From the NCBI RefSeq assembly GCF_037042905.1, contig NC_087249.1, forward strand, positions 7,504,001 through 7,568,000: DNA of 64,000 bases, written 5' to 3'. Positions 42,001 through 52,865 of the stretch are shown in pieces; within the stretch, counting starts at the first letter, position 1, and each line of letters begins with the position of its first letter. The notes under the pieces were generated by a model. It did not search any database, was not told where the DNA came from, and saw only the letters and a list, made by a program, of their open reading frames with translations. This DNA is from Lytechinus pictus. Taxonomy: Eukaryota. The position numbers and the translations under genes are program-made.

Positions 42001-42538
42001 AGCGTTGTTCGAAATTTTTAAACGGCGTTTTTGCTATATCCATCAATTAAATTTAGATATACATAGCTCTGGGCCCCGTCTTACAAAGAGTTACGATTGA
42101 TCCGACCAATCGCAACTATGGACGGCCAGCAACGTCAAATTGTATTACTCATGGTTGTTCAAAATATTTTCTATGATGTATATATTCATGCATTCATTGT
42201 TTTCTTGAAATATCACTGTGCTTCTTTCTGTTTACAAAGGACATTGGGCAAATTTCCTATAGAAAAAAATATGACACTGATGGATTTCCATAGAGTTACG
42301 ATTGATTGGATCAATCGTAACTCTTTGTAAGACGGGGCCCCTGGTCTTCTCAATAATATCCTCTATCATTTTAGCTCTCTCTCTCTTTCTTTCTCTCTCT
42401 CAGGTCATGATTGGTTTTGCCGCGGCTGATCTTCTGACGTTATTCTTGCCATTGTTCCTCTACTTATCAGCCAAGAGAAATCTGAGAAGGTTTATTAACA
42501 ACCATGACAACAGCAACCGTAGCAACAACAGAAAATAA
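28963..42538 (+). CDS. SLC43-family MFS transporter (SLC43A3/LAT-like), 10 coding exons: join(28963..29173,29958..30129,31229..31352,32591..32683,33053..33308,33633..33890,34767..34874,37066..37258,40075..40198,42404..42538), 557 aa
   Basis: All introns are GT-AG with matching phases; total 1674 nt. SLC43-typical motifs are GCLETLFYGGTIFGWPSLVFILK, CHSQDASLQLVY, GVLFDVFGTRVTR, QYLAFMLITFFRVF and FPQKYFGRIYG...LLQYPIF. The paralog cannot be assigned from sequence alone. Confidence 0.92.
29266..29497. mobile_element. CACTC-terminal MITE with TA flanks (CMC/EnSpm-like)
   Basis: TA|CACTCTAAATT...AATTAGAGTG|TA with a palindromic body. Related termini occur at about 6825-6991, 31484-31685, 40209-40659 and 54855-55051. 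Confidence 0.7.
30469..30963. mobile_element. Two adjacent copies of a CACTGCAAAAAC-terminal MITE (30469-30690 truncated; 30719-30963)
   Basis: Direct ~240-bp duplication; a third copy lies inverted at 40315-40557. Confidence 0.88.
31778..32063. repeat. (CATT)n microsatellite
   Basis: Directly visible; it explains the HSFI-repeat ORF. Confidence 0.97.
34885..35488. mobile_element. TTAA-flanked (Kolobok-like) MITE next to the SLC43 exon 7 donor
   Basis: gtgagt-TTAA|AGATCAAGTCCACC...GGTGGACTTGTCCT|TTAA. Confidence 0.9.
39610..40030. mobile_element. Degenerate TTAA-type MITE
   Basis: AGGGGAAATTCACCC pairs with GGGTAAACTTCCCCT. A related fragment lies at about 23490-23775. Confidence 0.6.
40209..40659. 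mobile_element. CACTC-terminal MITE containing a nested CACTGC-terminal MITE (40315-40557)
   Basis: Outer element TA|CACTCTTAAA...TTTAGAGTG|TA; inner element TA|CACTGCAAAAAC...GTTTCTGCAGTG|TA. Confidence 0.8.
40955..41437. mobile_element. Tc1/mariner-type MITE
   Basis: TA|CAGTGCGTCC...GGACGCCCTG|TA. Confidence 0.75.
42071..42340. mobile_element. PIF/Harbinger-type MITE; a partial copy starts at about 63324
   Basis: Long TIR GGGCCCCGTCTTACAAAGAGTTACGATTGATCC with its perfect reverse complement. Confidence 0.8.
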
Positions 42539-42936
42539 CAACCACTTATGGCAATAGAATCAGTAAATACATAGGGATAGAAAAAAGAATGACTGATCGA
42601 AATAATGAATGGATATTATAATAAGAGCAAAACCATATCAATATTTAGTTAGTTAAAAGAGCTCTTACTTGTTAGCCTCAATAAGCAACAAAGGGTAGTT
42701 TTACATATGTAGATTATAATTATTTTTACAAGAGCATACTAAATTGCTTTATTACAGTTAACCATACGCATGAGGATTTGCTGATATTGTACACTAAATG
42801 CTGCCAGTTTAAAATACATGTGCTGAATATTGCCGTTTTAAAACAAAACAAGGAAAGCTGAGACCCTTATAATTTAGTAGGCTGTACAATATTTGTCAAC
42901 GATTTTATTGTAATTCATACAATTCCAATAAATTTA

Positions 42937-43870
42937 CCATGCTGGACAGAACACAGTGTCACATAGTGTGATCACAGTGTGTTCACATATTATCCACACT
43001 GTTAAAATACTCAAATTCATTAGTGTGAAGACATTTTCACACTGTGAACACCTCGACAGTGTGTAACTGATCACAGCGTGTTCACATGGTCGACTATGTG
43101 AAAATATTATTCACTCTGTTAAAATTCTCAAATTCAACAGTGAGAAGATATTTTCACACTGTGGACACCTGGACAGTGTGACCGTTCACAGCGTGTTCAC
43201 ATTGTCGACTATATGTGAATATGTTATTCTCATTGTTAAAATGCACACTGTGGACACCTGGACAGTGTGACTGTTCACAGCGTGTTCACATGGTCGACTA
43301 GGTGAAAATATTATTCACTCTGTTAAAATGCTCAAATTCACCAGTGTGAATATATTTTCACACTGTGGACACCTCGATAGTGTAAATGTTCACAGTGTGT
43401 TCACATGGTCGACTAGGTGAAAATATTATTCACTCTGTTAAAATGCTCAAATTCACCAGTGTGAATATATTTTCACACTGTGGACACCTCGATAGTGTAA
43501 ATGTTCACAGTGTGTTCACATGGTCGACTATGTGAAAATATTATTCACTCTGTTAAAATGCTCAAATTCACCAGTGTGAATATATTTTCACACTGTGGAC
43601 ACCTCGATAGTGTAAATGTTCACAGTGTGTTCACATGGTCGACTATGTGAAAATATTATTCATTCTCTTAAAGTGCTTAAATTCAACAGTGTGAATATAT
43701 TTTCACATTGTGGACACCTGGACAGTGTGACTGTTCACAGTGTGTTCACATGGTCAACTATGTGAAAATATTATTCACACTGTTAAAATGCTAAAATTCA
43801 CCAGTGTGAAGGGGATTTACCGTTGTGTTCTACACTGTGAACTTTGGGACACTGTGTTCATCCAATAGGG
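42937..43870. repeat. TIR-bounded array of about 7-8 copies of a 115-bp unit
   Basis: Period 115 (GTGAAAATATTATTCACTCTG at 43302, 43417 and 43532). The ends TGGACAGAACACAGTGTC and GACACTGTGTTCATCCA are inverted. Confidence 0.88.
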
Positions 43871-45794
43871 TAGTTTATGCTGATAATACAAGGATGTAGT
43901 ATTAGAATTAAAAGATAATTGACTAGAAGTTCAGTGAAAATCGATTAAAAGGTAATTCGTGAACAAAAACACTACATTATCTATCTCGGTAAAAACTAGC
44001 TTTTCTGATGAAAAAAATCTTAGTATTACGAAATATTATGATCGTACTTTGAAGAAAAAGAAACAAAGATCCAATGATTACAATTACATAACGCAGTTAA
44101 AATGAATATGAGTTTTTGTTTTCCATAAAGACTGTAGAGATAGTATATATAGTGAAAGCAATATGGAACACAATATGGAGATGTCATCGTATTCATACAA
44201 TGTGAATAAGAAAATATATTAAAAGTATGAACATCTAAAACTCTTAACTAGGTACCAAAATTTTTACCTAGAAGTGCGATGCAAAATATGGAAACGACTT
44301 AATAATCACTCCGACGCATATTCAGGCCTTCAATTTGGCGCTACTCAGTGGCTGTCGGGGGCCGACGGTCAATAATTGGGCAAAATTAATTTCGGATGAT
44401 TTCTAGATCTGATTTCTATTCCGAACAATAAGATTTTTGTTCATATCGAATCGGTAAATTTTCTTAATGATGGTGATAGATGACAGATAATTAGCTTCCT
44501 TTAATTTTGGTATTTACTTATTGTTTAATCTATGTACGTTTTGTCTACTGTATATATATTAAAAGAGAAATTACTTTATTGATAATCCTAGTGCTACACA
44601 TAATAAAAGTCATTTTTATTAATTGTTAATTTGTTGCCTGTGATTTATGATTAGATGCTTAACGTATAATACTTTCGTTGCCTTTTTTTTAATTTGAATT
44701 GAATCAAATCTAAGTTAATATCAAGATTTGAATATTTGTAAATTTTCATCTGTAATTTATTCTGTAAATTGGTGTATTTTTTAAATTGCCTATAATTGTG
44801 CTGCCATATGCATTAGAGGTGCTAATAAAATACATTTCTATATACGAAACGAATGTCTCAAAAAAATCATGCAGCTTTATGTCATTAGCTGCAATCCAGT
44901 GATTGAATAATTGTGTTTTTATTATTGTGAAATGGTTGAAGAGTGGTTTGCAAAATAATGGCGAGTCAATCAAGTTAACTTTACAAGAGAATTCTTTTAA
45001 TCTCCCAAACTCTTTTCAATCTCCTTCTGACTTTTCTAGAACATCGATTATAAAAGTGAGAATTATACTAGCGTAAGTCCAAAACAATAGTCCTGCTGTA
45101 CGTTGTTTTTCACCGCTTTAGACCTATGTTATCCATTTTATACTGAATCGTTATTTACGAGAAAAATGATATATTTAACAAAACGTTGCCTCCTGGTAAA
45201 TTTTCAGAATCAGTGCCCAAATTACGACTTTTTTGTCGAGAGGGTAAATGTAAAGAATATATCAACATTCAGGACAGTCGTATATCACAAACAGCTTCTT
45301 TTCTATAGAACCATTTCAATGTTAAACTGTGGTCTTTTTTCTTCAACTATTTCAATTTTAAGCAGTTGAACCATTCTTCAACCTTTCCAATGTGGTCTTT
45401 TTCTTAAAAAGAAAGCCGAGTCCCTTGGTCAATCATATCAATGTTTCATTATAATTTATTAAAGACGGCTCAAATATTGAAAGTAAAATAAAGGTTAACG
45501 CTGAAAATGGTGCTCCCGGCTGATTTTTTAATAGATACTTTTGATCTCTTATCTACCAAATATGACTGTACACGGACACATGTTTGCAGTCCAAAACCGA
45601 CATTTCTGTTTCTTCCATCAAATGGAGGGAAGCACTGACAAAAAGAATCCCTTGTTTATAAAATTAGAATTAGCCCCTTTTAAACAATAAATCATTTTTA
45701 TGAATCCCATTTCCTTCTCTTTGACGTGGTTGTCAATTTTGATAGTTTAAACAAATTTGCTGACACTAATAGTCGCTATCACGTTGCTGGTATA

Positions 45795-46937
45795 CAGTGC
45801 CTATCAAAAAAAAAGTTTATACTTTGAAAAAGCCCTGGGAATTCAAAAATATATACAACATGTGGGTAATTTTTTCACATATAATCTTGGGTTTGGGTCT
45901 CGTCTATCTAATGAAAGTAAAAGTTTTGACAGAATGTTACACTTGATTGATTTTTTTTTTATTGATTGGTGGGGATTTTTTCCCTGATTGCTAAGAAAGC
46001 ATGAATGCTTGTAAGCAAGCAACCATAGGACCGACGGCATAAGGTCCTCTCCGAAGGACCTGGTAATGAGGATTAATGCCTTACCAAAGGGCACTAGCGC
46101 ACCAAGTGTGAATCGAACCCGGGTCACCAGAATACGAATCCCCCGCTCTACCGACTGAGCTATCGCGCCTCCTCACTTGAGTGAGCACTGTCCATTTTTG
46201 TAAAGCTCGCAGAAATGCTCGTTTTCACGCTGTGTAAAGGAAAAGGGCGAAATCAAACTTACCCTGCGAAACATTTCTCATCCATTTCCCTTGCACTTTT
46301 AGTTAATTGAAATAAAACCGATTGTAACAATTTTGCCACCCAAATTGAAATTTCAACACTTAGTAAGCACAACCTTTACCCTTTTTTGTGCCAGCTGGAT
46401 CTGAGGACATAACTGAATCTGAACAAAAGTTTATATCAGACATCTCCAGCATTGTTCACTAAGTTTGTATCATTTAAAGTGGGTTTACATTTCATTTTTC
46501 ATTTAATACTTGTTTCTCCACACTTTTTCATGTAAATCACAGCTCAGTGTAAAGCAATATCGTCACGATGGCCTCGGTGTGTGGGGGATTGGGATGGGCG
46601 CAATGCACTGTTCGAAGTGTTTTGGGCAAGGAAACAACTTAAAACAGGTACAAGATATCATCAAATCAATTTTACTAGCTAAATTCCACGTGTTCTTCAT
46701 GATTAAGGTCTACTTTTATTCGCATAACTATTTCAAAGTCCTGCGCAAATCATTTTTCACTAACTTATCAAAAGTAAGTGGTGCTCACTCAAGCGGAAAT
46801 ATTTTTCGACAGTTATATCGTCATTTGCTTAAATGGATCTGTGCCAATGTTAAAATGTGGAAAAATCTTCAGGATGTTACAAATATATAATTTTACAGGA
46901 TTATTTCTCAGTGTAAACTGTTTGTTGATACGCACTG
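45795..46937. mobile_element. Non-autonomous Tc1/mariner-type element with a nested SINE
   Basis: TA|CAGTGCCTATCAAAAAA...TTGTTGATACGCACTG|TA. Confidence 0.8.
45947..46173 (-). mobile_element. Complete short tRNA-derived SINE
   Basis: A box TAGCTCAGTCGG, B box GGTTCGATTC and an A-rich tail. TSD CACTTGA at 45940-45946 and 46174-46180. Confidence 0.88.
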
Positions 46938-47784
46938 TATAAGAACGATCGCTGCCCTAAATCATCATTTTATGAGCGAGCCCTGTCAGCGGGCGAGAAA
47001 AGCGAGAAATTTTGGTAAACTGAGAATAATCTGAATCATTGATATTCATTAATCCCCCATCCCACCATAGATAAAACTGCATCTGACCAGCACTGGTTGG
47101 CTTTTTATCAAGTACATAATTTGATTGCGAGAATATATAAGTTGCAACAGAGAGGCAAAATTATTATATATATATCTGTAAGGTAATCATATTCACTTAT
47201 GATAATGATGATGCGAGGCAAAATTAGTATTATATCTCCATGGTAATCATATTCACTGATCACAAAGCGTGGACTATTCATTTTCGACAATGCGTTTTTA
47301 ACTCGCCCCCATGTGGTTTTGTTATGCCTTTTCAATTTTATTTCGGTTTGTCTTACGATATCTCAGTTGAACGGAGAGAATGATATTGCCTGATATTGGT
47401 GTCATTTCAAAGCTGAATATACATAACAGTGGCGCCGTGATTGATTAAGAAAACCTTTAAAAATCCTTGCATTAAAAAAAACAGTGCTGGCAACATGATG
47501 TTTAAACTGGGAGAGGGGGACGCATTTTTCTCCCTATTCCACAAAATTGCAGGTGGTGGGATGACCTTCGCAATTATCCCCCCTATAATTTACCGTGAAT
47601 ATCATTCAATCATATAACAATAATAATGATGATAATAATAATAATGATAATAATAATAACAATGATAATAATAATGTCATAACTTTCTTATTTTTTTACA
47701 TCCGATTTTGATGAAATTTTTAGCGTCATGCTTGTTTAATGTTCTCTTTATATTCAAATCAACCTTTTTCGTTGGGGTGAACTT

Positions 47785-48441
47785 CAAGGGCGTAGGCAGG
47801 GGGGAGGTGCATCCACCCGCTGAGGCATATGAGTTCCGACACTGGCAATCAAAACGAAATTTGAACCCCTTCTTCTGCTTCAACAGCTGATTTTCCAAAC
47901 TTTAGTTCCACCTCCCCAAGATGTTCACCCCCATGCCATCATATCCGAGATGACTAGCAAGCATTTCAGTCAGAACATTGACACTGAGACGTTTTTTACT
48001 AAGCCCTCTTTGGTGACTTCATGAAAGTGGGTTCTGAGGAAGCTGACAAGCTCTATGAAGACATCGTAGATCTCAACAAACTCAAGACTGTATTGGGTGA
48101 TTATCTGGATGATTTCAACATGAGTTCATCGAAGGAGATGAAATGAGTCTTCTTTTCGGATACTGTCCAGCACATTGCCTGGATCATTCGTATCATCCGT
48201 CAGGAGCGTGGTAAATGCTCTCATGGTAGGCGTTGGGGGTACTGGTATTAAGCAGTCCCTGACAAGATTAGCCTCCCATATCTGTGGCTACAAGTTAGTG
48301 TTTTCAGATTGAGCTGTCTCATGGGTACAGCTATGATTTTTCCATGAAGATATGAAAAAAAAAAAGCATCGGGCTTGTGCCCCCCCCCCTCCCAGCTACT
48401 TCAGTTCCACCTCTCCATGCTCAAACCAGCCTACACCCTTG
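47785..48441. mobile_element. Non-autonomous TIR element carrying the dynein fragment (Pack-type)
   Basis: TIRs CAAGGGCGTAGGCAGG and revcomp CAAGGGTGTAGGCTGG match 14/16. Flanks aactt (47780-47784) and gactt (48442-48446) form a 5-bp TSD with one mismatch inside the end of a TTAA element. Confidence 0.75.
47932..48360 (+). pseudogene. Disabled fragment of an axonemal dynein heavy chain (DNAH6-like, AAA3 lid to AAA4 P-loop)
   Basis: Read across frameshifts it gives HAIISEMTSKHF...FGDFMKVG...LYEDI...LGDYLDDFN...KEMK*VFF...RIIRQERG(N)ALMVGVGGTG(K)QSLTRLASHICGYK..FQIELSHGY...HEDMKK. It has one in-frame stop, several indels and no introns. Confidence 0.88.
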
Positions 48442-48451
48442 GACTTGCCCT

Positions 48452-51400
48452 TTAATCGCTCGGACTGGTGGGGTAATCCGGTACAGGTCGTAGCTTCAAT
48501 TCACTTTTCTTGACCTTGTGAGTCACCACCGATATCCAAAATATCCCGCCCGGATGATGAAGAGGTTTACCATCATCATCCATAAAAACACCTGTAAAAC
48601 AACGATCGGCAGGACCGTACCACCAACCGACCCTGTAAACCATTGCGCAAAAGTTGTTCATGTCAGGAGTGCGAAATATTCTCCGATTGTGGTACCAAAG
48701 TGTATCGCCTGTGATGAACAGAAGGAAAACATAAAGAAAGTAATCAAAAAGGAAATAAGAAATAAGTAAGAAAAGGAAAAAGGAAGGAACCAAGAGTGAA
48801 TGAAATTAGGATAAAAGAACAAAAAAGGTGACCCCTCCCCTCAAACCAAATAAAACGAAAGAAAAGCTCTTGTTTCATTAGTTATGATATCAAAAAGCTT
48901 TTTTTAGAACAAGAAGGAGTGGAATATTAACTACGGATTCAGATTAAAGTCTATCACCGGGGTGGCGGAGGTGGGGGTACCTAAGAATAGGCTTACGCCA
49001 GTACATGCAAAAAATTTATACAATTTTCTTGATAAAGATACTCGGAAGATAGTGGAGACCTTTTTTCATTACCTATATTACCCGAATAGCCGCTGACAGT
49101 CAGGCTGTAGCCAAGTGTTTCATTGTCAATTCGAAAGATGTCGTAATTGGCATATCTAGTATCTCCTATTATGTCTTCCAGATCAACCCTCAGTTCGTAA
49201 TTCCTCTGATTCGATAGCTGATGAATCATATCGTTACCTAGCCAGTGCTCGGAAGAGATACTTCCAAAGCCGATCTTGTAGTCAGACCAGTTACGGTTGA
49301 AATTTTCAGAACCATCACTTCTACGTTGAAAAACCTATTGCATTCCGGGAATGAGCAACGAAGAGAATGTGTGTATTTTTGAACAAATTATGACCTTTCC
49401 TGCCTTTATCTTAACTTGTCATTTGTTTTCTCTTTGATTTACTTTGTTATGCAATACATTTTTTTCTTCTTGTCTTTCAATAATGATTATTGTGTCCTAT
49501 ATACGACCGGGTGGCGTAATGTGCCAATTATGAGGCAAACATCTTCAAAAAGCTGAAAGGGCGAGTACAGCAAGCGAGCAAAAATGTTGACTTTTTCTAC
49601 AATATCGATTAAAAAAAACATATATATTTTGTTATTTAGGAAATAATTTCACATTTCTCTCGTTTCCTTTACTTTTTCCTCGCTTTGCTCGCTTGCAGCT
49701 TAGTAGAAATTTTGCCCCATCTGGCCCCCTCAAATTAGTTATACGCTACTCACAAACACAGATTAAAATTCAATGGGTGTTCAATTGTTATCGTCTTGGA
49801 AAAACTCTACCCCAGAAGTAGGCCTACTGTGATGTACTCACCGTCCAATTGCCCCCATCAGTCTCCATGTCACAATAAACATTGATATGCTTCCCAGGGT
49901 ATATGGCATAGACACCACTGACGTTTGCCCCACGAGCCTGGATGTCGGCACAGTCCATCGGTTGCCCTGGAACCAAAGAGGGCGATATGCTGCCATCTGT
50001 AGTTAAAATAAAGTAAATAAATAATAATAATAATAATATTCCGCATTTATATAGCGCTTAATACATCGGAACGACGTCTCTAAGCGCTTTACAGATATAT
50101 TATTACCCCGGTCATCGGATCCTTGCATGCCCGCATACAATGTAAGCACCTTCTCCACTCCCTGGGGAGCATTCCAACAAGAGTTCCAAGACTCAATTGC
50201 TAGGCGTACTACATAAGCTTTCGCATCCTACCGGGTACCCATTTAACACCTGGGTGGAGAGTGGATTGACGCCTTGCCAAAGGACGCTAGGCCATGGTGG
50301 GATTCGAACACACGACCCTCTGAGACTCAGAACCGCTACACCATGACTAGCTGGGTTATTTGCACCCATATCACTTCCGAGACCTCGGCCGCCGATCGCG
50401 CGAGAGCAGCGAAATTTGCACAGGGGTAGCGTGCAATGAAATCTACAAGATTGTTTTCCGAAATAATACGATTATGCAAATTTATGCGTAAGATGAAGAA
50501 TATGCCCTAATTAATTTACAGCCCCCAACTTATTTCCTATTCAAAGACTCTTTGTAGGATTCCGCTCGGGCGCGTTAACTTTATCTCAAATCTGGACCTG
50601 TCTAATGCCGGCAGCCAAATAATGCCATGGTTAACTTAGAACTGGTTAATTCCGAACTTAACATTTACTTACGTTAAACCCATGAGATAAAGTTAATGTC
50701 TTAGCCTAGGCAAGCCAAAGGCTAGCCTATAGCATTATTGACTTGTCAGTAATGGCAATTTGATAAGTGTATAAGCATTAGGCCTATTTAAGGGTATATA
50801 CCGGCAACTTATTCCGAAGACGCAAGTCGTGAATATTCATATTGGGATCTGGAACTCGTGTGGGAAAAACAACTTCGCTACCCGGGCGTCGCAAGTTAGG
50901 TCTGAAAAGTTGCGCGAGACTTGAAAGTAAAATGTCAGCGAGCTGCGCGGTCGAAAAATTTCGCGCAGCGGATTTTATATCGCGAAAATGCCGATGGGGG
51001 GGGGGGCAGAATCCGCCCCGGGTATTTTATTGTTAGCTTTTAAAATAGATGTTGGTGTTATACATATACATTATAAAATAATCTTCAAGCAACAGTGTAT
51101 TAGAACATGATCGGTAGCTCAAGATCTACCGAAGGATCTCGTTGCCAATCTCTTATTGAAGGGTTTAAGGGAAACCAGTTCGAGAAAGTATACTCAGAAC
51201 TGGGTCTGACTTTATATAGTATACTGACCGATTTCACAGGCTTTCCTCTGAACAGGGAAAGACCCTTTTCCATGTTTGCCGTAAGAACGTTTGTCATCGA
51301 TTCGGTACGTCATCTTTTGAGGAACTTCTTTCCCGTCCTGCATGACCGGCTCACAGTTCTTGTTGATATCTACGCCTCGCTGTTTCTGCGATTGCTCAGC

Positions 51401-52865
51401 AGATGCCAAACCTTGAAATGATACGAGAACAATAATTAATGATACAAGTGCCCATGTTTTAGTAGGTAGGCCTAATAAGAAAATCTTGAGGTTTGTTTTT
51501 ATTCATATAGTACAAGGTACATAATGACGTTTCGAGCTAAAGTTTGCAGCATATGCCAGTGTATGCCATCAGCAAAACGCCATAAGCCTACAGGCCTATC
51601 GCACTGGTCTGGGTTGGTCTTATGTCAGTATCCCTGTACATTCCTCTTGGACAGGTGTTGAAGAATGTATGGATGTTTTTTGTTCTGTATCGTCTTTGTC
51701 GTCCTCCAGGTTTTACAGCAGGACTTAAAATCTAAAGATTCGAAGCTTAGTTCCTCTTGCGGAACCTTTTCGGTAAATTGTCAATTCGTCCACTGCCAAC
51801 TCATCCACTCACCACATGGTCTACCTTCATTTAGTCTAATGCCATTACGTCCATCAACATTTCAACAACCATTTGGTCAAATAACCATTTGTCCAACCAT
51901 CACTTCGTCTAATCACCAGTTCGTCTATGACCATTTCGTCTCACAACCAGTTGGTGTAATAATTTTTTTATTATCATTCATTTTACCCAATAACACTTTA
52001 TAGTCCAAGTAGACCATATGGTATATGGTTTAAATGGCTATTGGACCAACTGGTTATTGTGAGTGGACGAAATGGCAATTAGACCATGTGGATATTGGAC
52101 AAATTGATGGTAGACAAAATGATTGTACACGAGTCGGCAATTAGACGAATTGGCATGAATATAAACCATCTTTTTCGATGAGTAAAAGTTTTGTTGGTTT
52201 GTTTGTTCTTTGTTGTTTATTTCCAATCTTGACTGCGATATCTGTGTCCTCCTACGCACACAGATGAATATTTCAATTCCTTGACGGGGTCACCACGGAC
52301 TCTTTGGTGGTGGTGGTGATGATCCTCATCACTTCAGTTAACATCTTGTTGATATTCAGCCCTGCACCAGCTGGTTTGTAGTCTCGAGGTGATTGGTCTT
52401 GTCAGTATGTATGCCCATGGCTGTAGTTGTGTGACAAGAGCGTCAGATCTTCGACGATGTCGAGGTCAACCAAGTTTGTCCAGAGGATCAACCGAATGTC
52501 GTAAACCCTGTCTGATATGGTGGTCTTCATGTTGAACTCAATGACTAGGAGGAAGAGAATTGGTGACAGCAAACATCCTTGAAGAACTCCAATATTTACA
52601 TTTTTAGTTCCCCAACAGCTTGACGGACTGAAAAATTCTGTATCTCATTCAATTCTATCCACTTAAATTCATCTTCTTCGTTTGTCTATTTTTCAATGGC
52701 ACATGAAAATTCGTCTTGGCCACACTTGATGCCTAAAATATATATGTATATATATTTTTTGGTTCCGAAAGAGACGGACGTAATTATGGTGTTTGACTTA
52801 CCTTTGCTTAGCTGAGAGATAACAAAGACTATAGCGAAAACACTTCTATATCTACAAAAAGCCAT
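48452..52865 (-). CDS. Secreted fibrinogen-related domain (FReD) protein, ficolin/MFAP4/tachylectin-5-like, 5 coding exons: complement(join(48452..48708,49073..49334,49842..49996,51229..51411,52802..52865)), 306 aa
   Basis: Signal-peptide-like exon MAFCRYRSVFAIVFVISQLSKG. FReD motifs are PMDCADI...SGVYAIYP...VYCDMETDGGNWT|VFQRRSDGSENFNRNWSDYKIGFG...EHWLGND...YELRVDLED...GYSG...GWWY...ELKLRP. Phases 1,1,0,1 are consistent; total 921 nt. Exons 1-2 are less certain than exons 3-5. Confidence 0.88.
50018..50346 (-). mobile_element. tRNA-derived SINE with (TTA)n tail; a partial copy lies at about 60575-60710
   Basis: B-box-like TGTTCGAATCC, core AAATGGGTACCCGG and an L2-like tail. The body is shared with 60580-60705. 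Confidence 0.75.
51772..52167. mobile_element. Palindromic MITE, same family as 25038-25423, inverted
   Basis: GGTAAATTGTCAATTCGTC...GACGAATTGG...ATAAACC. Confidence 0.8.
52250..52592 (-). mobile_element. Decayed RTE-clade LINE reverse transcriptase fragment
   Basis: GVLQGCLLSPILFLLVI...LVDLDIVEDLTLLSH...DKT...GLNINK, a degenerate form of the GVRQG..LSP and DLDFADD motifs. Confidence 0.8.

Larger units (their letters stand above)
47675..48451. mobile_element. Truncated end of a TTAA (Kolobok-like) MITE, interrupted by the Pack element
   Basis: 47675-47784 joined to 48447-48455 rebuilds the terminus ...catccgattttgatgaaa...gttggggtg(g)acttgccct-ttaa seen at 26190-26304 and 35378-35492. Confidence 0.75.

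Noticed and set aside
42950..43860. CRISPR-like or RSS-array reading of the 115-bp repeat with CACAGTG motifs
   Set aside because: There are no unique spacers or cas genes, the context is eukaryotic, and no nonamer-like box sits at 12 or 23 nt.
47932..48360. Functional dynein heavy chain exon
   Set aside because: It has an in-frame stop and frameshifts, no splice partners, and is enclosed by TIRs.
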